Under the pieces are notes generated by a model, which saw only the letters and a list, made by a program, of their open reading frames with translations, was not told the DNA's origin and searched no databases. The position numbers and the translations under genes are program-made. From positions 12,340,001-12,404,000 of the forward strand of contig CM097885.1 in the NCBI GenBank assembly GCA_044892525.1: a DNA stretch of 64,000 nucleotides, given 5' to 3'. Shown one piece after another: positions 26,501 to 40,020 of the stretch. Source of the DNA: Schmidtea polychroa. Lineage: Eukaryota. The number at the start of each line of letters is the position of its first letter. Position 1 is the stretch's first letter.

Positions 26501-27844
26501 TCTATCTCCATTGATCGGATGATTGCGTTTTTATTTGACCACAAGAAGCAGGGTTTCAGATTTACTTTCGGCGTTGAACTGATGGTCATATTTGAGAACT
26601 AAAAATTCCATATATTAACAATAAAATGATCTTAATGTCTTTGTTACAGAAAGATGAGATTAGGAATGGCAAAGTGAAGTAAAATTATAGTAAAGACGCC
26701 TAAGTGATGATCTTAGTATAATGAGTAAGTTAAATTTAAGGTAACCAATTTATCATGTTGGCATACACTTTTAAGGGTTTAATATATGACGCGCAATAAA
26801 ATTGCCAATGCCTTTATCATTCTTTAAAATAACTTATTTTAACATTTCAGTGTTAAATCATATATTCCCATATGGAGGGTTCCAAGTTAAATCTAATTGT
26901 ACACTACTTCAATGAATTTACTGTGAGTTCGGGTCAAGATTTTTATCTAAAACCAAAGGTAAATGCAAGACTGATAGAACGTCGCATTTACTGTTAATGA
27001 TGCTTTGCTTTCGCTTGAACCCCTGTCCTTAAGAACTAAGTTCAATTGAAAAAATAAAAAAAATTCACGGTCTGTCTCAGAAGTTCTACTTAAAATTTGA
27101 TTTTGTTTCTACAATTCGGTTATTCATATTAGTCAAGGTCTGGTGAGTGTCACTCTAGATATAATTTTATGGACTGATGAGTGATCATGTTCGTTCTTGA
27201 AATATTGTGTGTCGTACTCTTGATCTCAATTTCCTACCTGTTTTATCATGTTCGATTTAATAACAGTGTAATCGGGATCTCATAATCAAATTTATTCTCT
27301 ATCGTACGTAGGCCTACAAGGAGTACCTCTGTTTGTAGTGAACAGAAGCATCTATACACCAAACACAACTGAGAATCGTTTCCTATAATAAAACAAAAAA
27401 ATCAATAATCTTACATTATAGAAACATACATACTTACTTTGATTTCACGTTGATGTTCTCATTTAGAGTGCAGTCAGATACATTTTATACTATAGAAATC
27501 TGAAGAATGGAAGAAAAACTAAAAACTACACACAAACATAACACATACTAAAAGGCACATACAAACTTTTGATTCGTAGAAATGTAACGATGAAATACGT
27601 TTCTATAATAATTCTATTTTAGACCATATTTAGAAAGAAAAGATCGTTGAAAATTTTTTATAATATATTTTTAATGAAATTTTCAAGAGCAGATGAATTA
27701 GGCTCAATGTCTTTTCAATCCAGATTTGCTTTCCTGAAAGAAGCTCCTCATATTGAGCTCAGAAAAAAACATTACAAAAATTATTTCATTCATATTCGGC
27801 GATTTTTCCCAAAATGTTTTAGAAAAATAAATTTTTGGTAATTG

Positions 27845-28472
27845 ATTTATTTAATTATAATTAAAAACATATCTGACTCACAATTTTTCGAAATAATTCC
27901 AAAATACTTAAAAATAAATGTCATCAACTTCCTTAAAAACCCTGAAAAATAATTAAAAATAATATATAATTATATTGTTGATTAAAAGTAATATTTAAGA
28001 ACTTGAATAATGATCTCATATCTCATATGGATCAAAATTCGAGTCTTAAAATTTACTTTAAATAAAAAAAAATATCTTGAAAGCCATTTGTAAAATGGCT
28101 AAAATACATAAATGATTTCCAAAATATATAAATAATGAGACATGATAAATTGATAAAGATGATTTTACAATTACAACCAATTAAAATTGGTAAATAAACT
28201 GGTGAGTGAATTTACACGCCAACCACCACTATAAAGAACTTATCTCAGTGGTGTTTGGTGTAATATGAGTTGCTGTGTACAACCAATTATCGAATTTTGA
28301 TCCATATAAGATCATTCAAGAAATTCAAGCTTTTAAATATTACTTTTTATCAATATTTTTTATTATAAATTATTTATAATTAAATTTCAAGTTTTTTAGT
28401 ATTTTTATAAAGTTATTTGGAATAATTTCGATATAATATAAGTCAGATATATTTTTAACTCTAAATAAATAA
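27845..28472. mobile_element. Foldback/MITE-like element with about 200-bp imperfect inverted arms
   Basis: CATATCTGACT...TCGAAATAATTCCAAA and ATATGGATCAAAATTCGA are mirrored by TCGAATTTTGATCCATAT and TTTGGAATAATTTCGA...AGTCAGATAT. Confidence 0.65.
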
Positions 28473-28583
28473 AGTAATCTCTAAACACACTTCTCATTTT
28501 TACCAAAGATGCAAAGAATTTTGTCATGTTCTATTAAAAAACTAATATTACATTTATTAAAAATTGAAGATAATCTTATGAAA

Positions 28584-30375
28584 TGTTGGGTTATTGAGTT
28601 GGTGACAATATTTGTAAAGTCAAACCTTTACTCTGCCTCCAAAGCGTGTTTATTAATTCGCAATTCAACACTCTCGAACACAATAAGCTTTATTAATATC
28701 CACACGTAATAGTACAAATTTCAATTACAACCAATTAACGCAGGGCTTATTTCGACACTACGTGAAGAATAGCCCTTTCTGTAACAACAACAATAATCAC
28801 TAGCCGTCAACTACTCAATTACAGAATATGTTAATCGATTGTTCTATTTGTTTTGACCACACTGCAATGTACTGTTATATATTTTATTTATTTTTAAACA
28901 AGGTTTTGCGACGCCTTGTTATTTTATCGAGTGTAGGCCGCAATGGCAAATGAGTAAAAAATACTATATAGCGATAATTTACCATAATAAATTATCGCTA
29001 TACAAATATCGACAAAAAGAAAAAATCAATAACTATAGGAGAAAATACAACTGAAATTAACCAAAAAAATAACGATAGAAATAGCTTTAAAATAAAATCG
29101 ACAAGACTAAAATAGAATAAAAGACGAAGATCTTAATAAATAGCTGCAATAAAAGAAAGCAAAAGATATCCGAAAACAAAATATCCTTCAAATTTACCTA
29201 TATTCGAAACTAAAGAAAACAGAATAGCAGAATAAATGACAGAAATAAAAGAAAGCAAAAGATATCCGAAAACAAAATATTCTTCGAATTTACCTATATC
29301 CGAAACTGAAGAAAACCAAAATACCCTTCGGATTAATTTATATCCGAAACCAAAATATCCTTCGGATCAATCTATATTCAGAACTAAAATAAACTAAAAT
29401 ACCCTGAGGACTAAATTATAATCGAGACTAAAGGAAACCTAACTATCCTGAGAATAGAATTATATTCGAAACGAAGTCCATATAAGTGCGTATTATTTTA
29501 TTTATTTTACTAATAAAAGTTGTTATTGTTTGGTATCCGTTATTGTTAATTTATTATTGTATTTTTATACATTCCTACATACATTCACCCCAGCTGTCCC
29601 GAGACAGTTTATTTACTGGAGACTCGGCTGGGTACTACCATATTTCTTACAGCATTCACGAACATAAGTACAAGCATAATACATATAATATAAGACAAAT
29701 ATAATACGCACAAATATAATAGGAACCTCTTAACACACACAATTTATTTATTCCACTTTTACTTTATATTCAATTTTATAAAAGATTCTTGTCACTTCTC
29801 TTTTCACTCAGTCTTGATTCCCCCTATCAACTTATTCGTCTCTAATTTTACTCTACTTTTTGTCTCTAATTTCGTTCTGTTTTCGTTCTATTTTGTTCTA
29901 AATCTGTTCTAAATTTGTTCTCAATCTGTTCTGATTTCTCGTCCACCAGTTTTCTTTTATATAGTTGTTTGGTTTGTGGCACTGGCGATAGATTCTGTTT
30001 ATCATTTTCTTTTTCCTCTACATCAGACTTATCTCTGACAGATATCAAATATTTTTTCATTTTCCTTTTTTTGTTAAGCCACCTTCTCCCGACAATTTCG
30101 CTATCTTTGACAAGCTGTCAAGATACGACTTTTTCCCTTATTTTGTTTTTCTGGAATTTGAAATTCCACCTTCATTTGTACTTCTTAATTAACAATGACC
30201 TTTGTTTTAATTTCTTGTTTGTTTCCTTTTTTTGATTTATCTTTCTTATTTTTAATTTCTTTTTACTTCTGTTTTCTTTTCTGAGTTCTCATAGCTCGTC
30301 CAATTTGTCATGACGATCTTCCCCCAGGTAATTAATTAATTAATTTTGTTATTTTTCATTTAGGTATCCTCAACA
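28584..30375 (-). mobile_element. Solo LTR, family A (interrupted by a nested insertion)
   Basis: TGTTG...CAACA termini and 4-bp TSD GAAA. It is the reverse complement of 32339-33233 once 28863-29740 is removed. Strand is relative to that copy. Confidence 0.8.
28863..29735. mobile_element. Nested 873-bp solo LTR, family B
   Basis: TG...CA ends and 5-bp TSD CACAC. The empty site is visible in the sister copy at about 32960. Confidence 0.85.
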
Positions 30376-30479
30376 GAAATAATGTCTTTATTATCTATAC
30401 AACTCAAATTTGAGTTTTCGGAATTTTCGTCAAATTTTTTCGGTCATTTTTTTCTAAAAATTTCTAAATATGTCAGTAA

Positions 30480-30834
30480 ATGATTTATTATAGTGCGTTT
30501 ATTCATTACAGCAATTCTACATATCGAAATTTTTGAATACATTGTTTACTATGTGTTGTATTTGTGTGTGTCAGTTTATTTTTTCTACCACTTTCTTATT
30601 TTTTATTTTAAATGGGTGTGTTCATTGCAATGCTGAAAATCATCACATAGGTAAGTTTGTATGTTTATATAATATACACGTATTGATTTTAGTTTTACAT
30701 TATAGATGCGTTTGTTCACTGCAAACAAGTGTATCTCAATGTGCATTGCAATTTTGTATGATATCTTTATAATGATGATGCTTTCGACGATGGAGATTTG
30801 TCCAAAAAATAATAAACGCACTATAATAAATCAT
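30480..30834. mobile_element. MITE-like element
   Basis: 24-bp inverted repeat ATGATTTATTATAGTGCGTTTATT / AATAAACGCACTATAATAAATCAT. Confidence 0.5.
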
Positions 30835-32338
30835 TGAAATTCTCTACGACTATCTTGTTATACGAATAGAGGGGACAATTGCTGGGATATTGTCGAAGTT
30901 GATGGACTGTAGAGGTGGAAAATGAAATTTTGTTGTGTTCGATGCGACGAACTGCTGGCTATTATTCTATTAGTCTCGGCGGTACAGATGAAATAAAGTG
31001 CTCAGTCTTGGATTCAAATATGTTACGAATATTTCCCGTGACGAAAAATAAATGAACGCCTTACGGACATTGCCAATCGCTTTACTCGTACCATTCGTGT
31101 GTGTCTCGATATGCCAATCTCTCTGATATTCCAGCATTCTATCCAATCAATCCTCATGATTATTTCGAGTTCACTTCCATTATTCTCCTACAACCTATCC
31201 GTGATCGACTCATCGGAGGCCCTCCAATCAACGTAGTGAATGAAATACATCATCGAACCTTCTGCTAAAAAGGCATTAATCCTCTTCACACTCTTGGTCA
31301 AGCTAAAATTTCATCAGTACTGTACCCATTAACAAAACAAAATGGTTATAAATTATTATTATTATGGTGAGAAAAAAGAACGACGAAAATTTTTAAAAAA
31401 TTTTTAATCAATTTCATAGATATACATAGATAATATAAATTAAATCTAGAAAACTGAAATTTACCATTAGTTGCGATAAACTGTAATGATTGGATAGCTA
31501 TTCCGAATTTGAATAGGAGTGACTTGCTGAGTATGGCAACTTATTCGAAAATTAATAGTGGCTAATAAGTTTTGAAAATAGTTGTTGCTTGATTTTGTCT
31601 AATGAGTTTAGAAAAATTAGCAGTAAAGTGTCCAACTGAGAGGGACCTATATATAGTGTTTTGGGTAAACTTTCAACCAATCAGGATCAAGTAAGTATGT
31701 TAGATTTTTTCAATTTATTTTAGGTATCAATTCCAATCATTTTGATTGGTTAATTTTTTAATTTTTGTTTAATTTATCTGATTTTTATTTAAATAAATTT
31801 ATTTTCCTCGATCCTGATTGTTTATAACGCGTTGTGTATCCCTTCTCCTTTTTGGGATAATTTCTGTATTTATGTCTTTTTTTCGAGTTTATTCTTTTCC
31901 TTTTCACGCTATTTAACTTATGTAACCTGTTCTTTTTAATTTCTTCAAAAATATAAAACATTAAAAATTTAAAAAAAAAATATAAAAATTTTATAAATAA
32001 AAAATAAAAATTTGATGAAAAATATAACTTTGAAATTATTAACTTGAAATTATTATTAAAATTTGAAACACCACTAATTATTTGTATGGTCATGTATTAC
32101 AGGCTGAGAAATTTATAAGAAAAACAAGAGCTAAAAATATTTTATGTCACACTAAATATATTCGATCTTACCTTGCAAAATGAGTACAAAGACTCCCAGC
32201 GAAAAATACTCATTTTAAAATGAGAAAATTTAGGCCTTAAAACAGTGGTTCTTAAACACCAGTTTATATAAGTCAGTAGAAATGGAAACTTCAATGTGTG
32301 TGTGTGTGTGTGATTGGCAGAGAACAAATAAATACTAA

Positions 32339-33233
32339 TGTTGAGCATACCTAAATGAAAAATAACAAAATAAATAAATAAATTATCTGGGGAAGATCGT
32401 CATGACAAATTGGACGATCTATGGGAACTCAGAAAAGAAAACAGAAGTGAAAAGAAATTAAAAATAAGAAAGATAAATCAAAAAAAGGAAACAAACAAGA
32501 AATTAAAACAAAGGTCATTGTTAATTAAGAAGTACAAATGAAGGTGGAATTTCAAATTCCAGAAAAACAAAATAAGGGAAAAAGCCGTATCTTGACAGCT
32601 TGTCAAAGATAGCGAAATTGTCGGGAGAAGGCGGCTTAGCAGAAAAAGAAAATGGGAAAATATCTTGACATCTGTCAGAGATAAGGCTGATGTAGAGGAA
32701 AAGGAAAATGATAAACAGAATCTGTCGCCAGTGCCACAAACCAAAAAACTATATAAAAGAAAACTGGTGGACCAAAAATCAGCACAGATTGAGAACAAAT
32801 TTAGAACAGATTTGGAACAAAATTAGAACGAAGAGTAGAGCGAAAACAGAAACGAAATTAGAGACAAAAGAGTTAAAAGGGGGAACCAAAACAGAGTGAA
32901 AAGAGAAGTGACAAGAATCTTTTATAAAATTGAATATAAAGTAAAAGTGGAGTAAATAAATTGTGTGGTCAAAGCAAATAGAACAATCGATCAATATATT
33001 CTGTAATTGAGTAGTTGACGGCTAGTGATTATTGTTGTGGTTACAGAAAGGGCTATTCTTCATGTAGTGTCGAAATAAGCTCTGTGTGATAAATTGGTTT
33101 ATAGTTAATTGGTTGTAATTGAAATTTGTACTATTACGTGTGGATATTAATAAAGCTTATTGTGTTCGAGAGTGTTGAATTGCGAATTAATAAATATTGT
33201 CAAAAATATTGTCACCAACTCAATAACCCAACA
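32339..33233 (+). mobile_element. Solo LTR, family A
   Basis: 895 bp, TGTTG...CAACA, flanked by CTAA/CAAA (imperfect 4-bp TSD). Confidence 0.8.
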
Positions 33234-33473
33234 CAAATAAATAAATAATAAATATTAATTCCTCGATGTAGTTTGCAAGTTTTTTCAAAAATATTTTTTA
33301 ATAAAAAACAATATTATCACAGGTCCGCGTAAAAAAGGCAATATTTTGCGATAAGTATTGGATTGAGAAGCGGTGGTTTAAAACAATAAAACGCTTCGAA
33401 ATTTAAAATTATGAAAAATGTAATAAAATAAAAAATCCATTAATTTATAAAATAAAAATATTTGCAGTCAATA

Positions 33474-34424
33474 ATGAAAAAAATAATCAAATTATCCAAA
33501 GTACTCATTACAAAAGACGCCATTTCAGAAGTTGATATCCACCTAGAACGACGTCAGTTAATCTGGGCATGGAAGAAAGCTTTGTTTGGGAAATTATTTG
33601 TATCGGTCATTCTATTGCTCCTTTCTCTCTCTCATGTGTTATTCCTACAAAAACTCACTAAAACCTTTAAGAAATATTGTCCATTCTACATGCGACAAAA
33701 ACCTTTGGAAATGGAAGTAACAGAAAGCGCACACAAAACATGCAAAGTTCAAAATATTGTCATATCTGCCGTTGCCTTTTTGATGGTTCTGTTTGTTATT
33801 TTAATTTTGACCTGTGCAGGCCTTTTTGACAATATAACAAAACAATTGTTTTTCATTGATAAAAACCATATCAATGTGGCGGGGCTATTCGTGTCGACAT
33901 ATATTATTAATATTCAACAATCATGGGGATTCAAACTGTTACTTATTTACTATTATAACTTTTATTCAGTTCTTGTATTTCAATTGTTAATATCTTCCTG
34001 CATGGTGGTCATGAATCTGAATTTTTGGCCTGGCCTTATTATATTTTGCCGGCTTATTCCGGGCAATTACACCGTCAACAAATTCCTAACAAGTGATGCT
34101 TATCATCCATATGAAAACTTATTGGAACAAAAACTAATTATGGAATTCAAATCTTGTGAAGACCCTTTATTCAATCATACAGCATATTCTCTGGTCGCGG
34201 TGGCGGTCGTTTCTATTATTATGGCAATACAAATGATTTTTCAAGTCAAACTTGTTTATATGACTGATAGGTTCATTGAAAATTTCTCCAAACTGATTCA
34301 TGGCTTTGACGGTAAAGCTAAATCTTTGCGTGACAAATATATTCGTCAAGCATTGGAAGATAAAGAATTTATAGAACAATGCAAAAACCTTCAGAAATTT
34401 AATGCTCAAAATCCTTTTATTTGA
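33474..34424 (+). CDS. Intronless predicted four-transmembrane protein of unknown family
   Basis: Long ORF in AT-rich DNA. First ATG at 33474 follows an acceptor-like TTTGCAG. Four hydrophobic segments, with Cys pairs in loops 1 and 3. Confidence 0.7.
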   Translation: MKKIIKLSKVLITKDAISEVDIHLERRQLIWAWKKALFGKLFVSVILLLLSLSHVLFLQKLTKTFKKYCPFYMRQKPLEMEVTESAHKTCKVQNIVISAVAFLMVLFVILILTCAGLFDNITKQLFFIDKNHINVAGLFVSTYIINIQQSWGFKLLLIYYYNFYSVLVFQLLISSCMVVMNLNFWPGLIIFCRLIPGNYTVNKFLTSDAYHPYENLLEQKLIMEFKSCEDPLFNHTAYSLVAVAVVSIIMAIQMIFQVKLVYMTDRFIENFSKLIHGFDGKAKSLRDKYIRQALEDKEFIEQCKNLQKFNAQNPFI

Positions 34425-35012
34425 CATCCTATGTAATAATGTATTTTATTATTTTGGAAAAGGAGTTTGCAATTTTACATTTGGTTAGACTATGAAATTA
34501 TAAGTAGAGGTGAATTTTTTATATTTATAAAAATAAATCTAGTAATGGAGAGGCATAATTGGAAGCCGATACTTCAAGGGTAGGAAATTTAGATTATTCG
34601 ACAATTTCACTGTAGAATCTTATCAAATATGCAATTGTGCACGTGAACCAAAATATAAAAGGAATTGGATACAATGAATGACATGTGCCGCGTCAGATTT
34701 CTGTTTGTAAAATAACACGATTAAACACCATATGATATCAAATAAAAACCTTCTCTGACCGAAAGAGAATTCACCTTCATTGGATCCAATTCAAGAGCCA
34801 GAAAAATTAACGAAATCATTGTAAATTGTGAACAAAATTTGAACATTTGAAAAATATCAAATGGCGTTCGAATAATAGGACGACATTTGTAAAATCCAAA
34901 AATCAGAAATAATGAAAACAAAATTAGAAGCTTCTTTTTTGAGAATTTCAATTTCGGCAAAACGTAGTAAATTATAAAACTCAAAATGACAAAAAATTAC
35001 AAAAGATGTATT

Positions 35013-35640
35013 TGTTGAGGATATCTGAATAATAAATAATATGAAAAATAAATAAAATTACACGGGTGAAAATCGTCATGACAAACGGGACGATCTATGG
35101 GAACGCAGAGAAGAAAACTGAAGTTAAAAGAAGCGAGAGATAAATCAAGCAAAAGAAAGCAAACAAGAAATTAAAACAAAGGTCGTCATTAATTAACAAG
35201 TACAAAAGGAAAAAAGTGAATTTCAAATTAAAAAACAAAACACGAAAAAAAAATTTTATTGACAGTTTGTCACAGATTTCAAAATTTAAAAGAAAGTCGG
35301 GCTAATAGAAAATAGTAAAAAATAAGGCATATCTCGACATCTGTCAGAGATAAGGTAAGGACAATTAAAAATGCGGAAAGAAGAATAATAGAAAAACAAA
35401 ATTATCTCAAGTACCACAGTTGTAAGAAACTATAACAAGGGATGCCGAGACCAGACAGAGTAGAAAAGAGTTTAAAAAGGATTTAAAAAGAGTGTTAACG
35501 AGTTTAATAAAAGATTTTAGGGGTCAAAGAGAAATTTGAGTTTGGTTTGAATTTAAAGAAGTTAAGAAAAGAAATTTGATATTTATAATCTTTGTAAACT
35601 TAATATAAAAGTGGAGGAGTGAATAATTGTACACTTGACA
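35013..35640 (+). mobile_element. Diverged, truncated family-A-related LTR
   Basis: Starts TGTTGAGGATA and shares ATCGTCATGACAAA, GACGATCTATGGGAAC and GACATCTGTCAGAGATAAGG with 32339-33233. Confidence 0.7.
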
Positions 35641-35736
35641 ACAGAAATCTTTATTGATAATCACAAATAAAATTTCTCTTTACACTGACAATCTATTCAA
35701 CACCCTGCTTGGTTACAATACAATGCTTATTACAAC

Positions 35737-36315
35737 AGTAGTGTATATAATGGGAACACCGGCTCACCCTACCCATCTAAGGTATTTACTAATTTTCAAT
35801 TTTTATATTTTTTTTCCACTGTCCTCTCAACAGTTTTTTTTGATCCGGATCATTTTTTCATTTATCAATTTTAACCTCTTTAGTTTATCGAATCTCTTCG
35901 AATATACAAGCTGGCCATACATCAGAATCAATTCGATAATAGCAGCACGCCTTATTATTCACTTCTCGCTCGAATACGATTTCATCGGCGTTTTAAGCGT
36001 CCTGCTCGAAAGTACAAATGAATTCGAAAGTGAATCCGAAAGAGGTCCGAAAACCACCAAGAAATATGTCGAAATAAATGTGCACATTATGGGATCGATC
36101 CGGGGTGTGTTCGAAAGACTGTGGCGATAGTTACCAGTTCGCCACCACACTCTGTTCCAATTATTTTTTCTTTCACATTTATGTTTAAAAATTAATTAAT
36201 TAATAAAAAAATAAAATATACAAGATGTTTTTCCTAAGATACCCACACTATATATATTTTCAAATTTTTAATATTATTTGATGTTGAAAAAAAACTAATT
36301 TCAGTTGGGATTTGA
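35737..36315 (+). repeat. Diverged orphan Maverick terminal repeat
   Basis: Begins AGTAGTGTATATA; 35810-36315 is homologous to 42825-43360. Confidence 0.75.
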
Positions 36316-38477
36316 ATAGGTAATTAGGGGCTCCTTGCCAAAATAACCCCCTCCCCCTTCGAGGGGTCTGCGACAACTTATGATTACGCAATTGCGGCAA
36401 CTTATTTTTTTTGCTTTCAGGGATTTTTAGTACAAATTTTTTTTTCAGACCATAGTGAAGAGGTCTCGATTGATCTAGGGATTTTCAATACAAAAATTTT
36501 TTTCACTACAAAAAGGCGGTCTTCAATACAAAAGCCGAGGATTATTCAGACTATAGTGAGCGGGTCTCGATGGTCCTGGGATTTTCAATACAAAGATCCA
36601 AGGATATGTCAGTATTATTTGGCTGGGTCTCCTTGGTTTTGGGATTTTCAATACAAAAAAGGATTTACACTAAAAAAACATGGTAAAATTTTAAATTAAA
36701 GCAAATTAAGGGTCTAAATTTCCAATTTAAGTAAATTATGGGCTAATTAAGTAAATTAAGGTTCAAATTTTTAAATTAAAGTAAATTATGGGTCTGAGAT
36801 TTTTCAATTAAATTAAATTATGGTCAAAAATTTTAAATTAAAGTAATGAATGGGCTCAAATGAGTAAATTATGGTCTAAAATTCCAAATTAAAGCAAATT
36901 ATGGTCCAAATTTTTGAATTAAAGTAATCAATGGGTTCAAATAAGTAAATTAAGGTTTAAAATTTAAAATTAAAGTAATAAATGGGCTCAAATAAGTAAA
37001 TATAGGTTCAATTTTTAAATTAAATTAATAAATGGGTTCAAATGAGTTAATTGTGGTCTAAAATTTTTGAATTATAGTAAATTAAGGTTCTAAAAAATTA
37101 AATTAAAGTTAATTAAGGTTCAAATTTTAAAATCAAGTAATCAATGGTCAAAATTTTTAAATTAAAGTTAAATAAGTAAATTTAAGTAATAATTTTTAAA
37201 TAATTAAATTAAAGTAGTGTAATAAGTAAATTCAAGTAAGATTTTAAAATTTATTAACAAAAAGTTTGAATAACCAACAGCTACTGAGAAATAAAATGTT
37301 TTAAGATAATTTTTAATGAAAAATTTTATGGAATATTTTTCAAAGACAAATTTTAATAATTATATTTAATAATAATAATAATTCAACAACAAACCAACAA
37401 TCAGATACCAACTACCAAGTACAAGATACTAACAACTTAGTATCATCAACTAGTAACTTACGAACACGTATTTACAACCAGATACATACAATTAGAATCT
37501 AACAACCAGACACCTGCTACCAAGTACTTACAAGCAGCAACTAGGTACCAGATACCAAGTACTTACAACCGACAATAACCAAGTACTAACAACCGACAAC
37601 AACCAAGTACTAATTATTTACAAACTTCGACTACATACCTGCTACCAAGTACAAAATACCAAGTACAAAGCACTGTCAACTAGATACCAAGTACTTACGA
37701 CCAGATGATCACATGAAATTATTGGTTAAATATGTAAATATAGGTTATATTTGGTTGTTAAGTAAATTATGGTGTAAAATGTTAAATTAAGTAATACAAG
37801 GATAAATATATAAATAAAATATAATTAGGTAAATTAAGAATAAGTAAATTAAAGTTAAAAATTTTAAATAAATTAAAGTTTAAAAATTAAAATTAAAGTA
37901 AGATTTTAAAATATTTAAATTAAAGTAAAACAATAAATAAATTAAAGTAAGATTTTTAAATTTATTAACAAAAAGTTGGAATAATACTCAGTGTTTGAGA
38001 ATTAAAATTTTTTAAGATAATTTTTATGAAATAAAATTTTTTTAGTTAATATTTAATAGAAATTTTTGAAATAATTTTTTAAACCAATTTTTAATGGAAA
38101 TTTTTATGAAATAATTTTTAAAGATAAATTTAGATGCAAATTTCAATGATAATAATAATATTCGTAATGATAAAATAATAATAACAATAATAATAATTAT
38201 ATTAATAAAAATAATAATACTAATAATACAAATAATACTAATAATTCAACAATCAGATACGAACAACCAGTTACTAAATATTTTTAACCATGCGCTATCA
38301 AATAAGTTTCAAATACTTACAACATGATTCCATGTACTAACTAACTCTCAAAGAACTAGATACCTACAACAACCAACTAAATATTCTTCGATGTATTATA
38401 TCAAATGCTTTTTAAATTATTATTTTTTAATTACAATCAGCAGAAAAACCTTTTCTAAATGTCTAAATTTAACAAAA
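36316..38477 (+). repeat. Composite repeat unit (minisatellite-rich), diverged copy of 41116-42474
   Basis: Same order of blocks: TTTGCTTTCAGGGATTTTT, GGGATTTTCAATACAAAA repeats, AAATTAAAGTAAATTATGG repeats, (AAT)n, and ACCAAGTACT repeats. Confidence 0.75.
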
Positions 38478-38794
38478 ATGATAGAATTTCATCAAAGTAG
38501 GTAGTTAGGAGCCCGCTGCAACAATTAATAATAGCAATATTTATTTTAAATTTTGAGTTTTAGAAAAATCTTTTAATTATTTTTAAATATTTTTTAATTA
38601 TAACTGGTTGTAGATTTTATTTGATGGATAAATTTAATTTTTCAATGCAACTACTTGGTTAAATTGTGCAGTAATATATATTTTTAATTTCGAGTTTTAG
38701 AACAAAAATTTAATTATAACTGGTTTTATCAATAGATTTTATAAATTGTTTAGTTATTTGATTTTATAAGATAACGCCAATCAAACATTCTTTT

Positions 38795-38833
38795 CACGAT
38801 TAATTTCGACAGTTTTCCTGTCATCATCAGGTG
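38795..38833 (-). ncRNA. Minimal type I hammerhead ribozyme
   Basis: CAC-C-CTGATGA core overlap, stem II GACAG-GAAAA-CTGTC, GAAA, short stem III, TC, then GTG closing stem I. Confidence 0.75.
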
Positions 38834-39022
38834 GGATATAGTAACTCATTAAATTAAGGATTTTAAACAAATTTAATTATATATAAAAATTTATTTTCAT
38901 TTTATAAAAAAATATATTATTTTTTTTAAATTTTAACATTTAAAATTTAATTTAATAATTTAAAAAATTTTTATTAATTATTTAATTTAACACAACAATC
39001 AATAGATACAATACACAAAAGC

Positions 39023-39870
39023 TTATTTAAAAACACTCAACACACAAGTATTTACTGCATTCTGCACATTAATTTTCGGATTCAATGATTTTATCAACAA
39101 CGCCTCACAAATCACACGTTCCCAATAATTATCGAAGTTTTTTAATAAAATTTTAAAATCAGACATGCCTATTTTAATCTTACAGCCCTTATTGTGCTCA
39201 CAATATGGGTCAAAGCCTTCGGTCTACAATGTTCTCGAGCTCGAATACAGAGATGACGAGAAGTCTCTCCAATGTATGTGGCAGTACACCCATTACATGT
39301 AAACTGATAACCGAGATCGGAACACAATTCAACCGGAGTTTTTGACTTATTAATAAACATATTGCGTACTTTCCATGAAGTTGACACTATCCTATAGTTT
39401 AAATTCCCTAACTGCTTTCTTATCTTCACTTTATAATCCTTAAAACGTTCTGAGTACGGGAATACTAACACAAATTTAGGCTAATCATCCTTGCTCACAC
39501 TATTTAATATATTTAACTCATCAGACTCACACATCTCAACAACATCACACCCAGATTTTCTCAAACATGGATCCTTAGGATTTTTAATAAATTTATCAAG
39601 AGTCTCTTTCACAATAATTATTAAAAAGGATTTTGAATAACCGTTCTTCATTAACAATTCAACCAATATGTCAACACCTTTTACTGAATTTTTAAAAGTA
39701 GAAGATAAAGACCATACACGATAAATCAACCCCTTCACCATATTTCTTTTATACTTGAATTCACAAAAACTTTCGGAAGAAGTATAGAGACCAGTATCAG
39801 TTGGTTTTCTATAAATCTCTGTCTCATAGTATTTCTCTTTGCGTTGTATTAACAGATCAAAGAAAGCAAT
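39023..39870 (-). pseudogene. Penelope RT C-terminus plus GIY-YIG endonuclease
   Basis: TEIYRKPTDTGLY, LLMKNGYS, LGYQFTCNGCTATYIGETSRHLCIRAREH, and after a frameshift ICEALLIKSLNPKINVQ. One internal stop. Confidence 0.88.
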
Positions 39871-39981
39871 CATATTGGTGAGCACAATAAGGGCTGTAAG
39901 ATTAAAATAGGTATGTCTGATTTTAAAATTTTATATAATTAAATTTGTTTAAAATCCTTAATTTAATGAGCTATTATATCC

Positions 39982-40020
39982 CACCTGATGATGACAGGAA
40001 AAGTGTCGAAATTAATCGTG
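39982..40020 (+). ncRNA. Minimal hammerhead ribozyme (inverted pseudo-LTR copy)
   Basis: CACCTGATGATGACAGGAAAAGTGTCGAAATTAATCGTG, with one stem II mismatch. Confidence 0.7.

Noticed and set aside
29866..32994. ORFs of 60-106 aa in the family-A LTRs
   Set aside because: Compositional artefacts of purine/pyrimidine-skewed LTR sequence.
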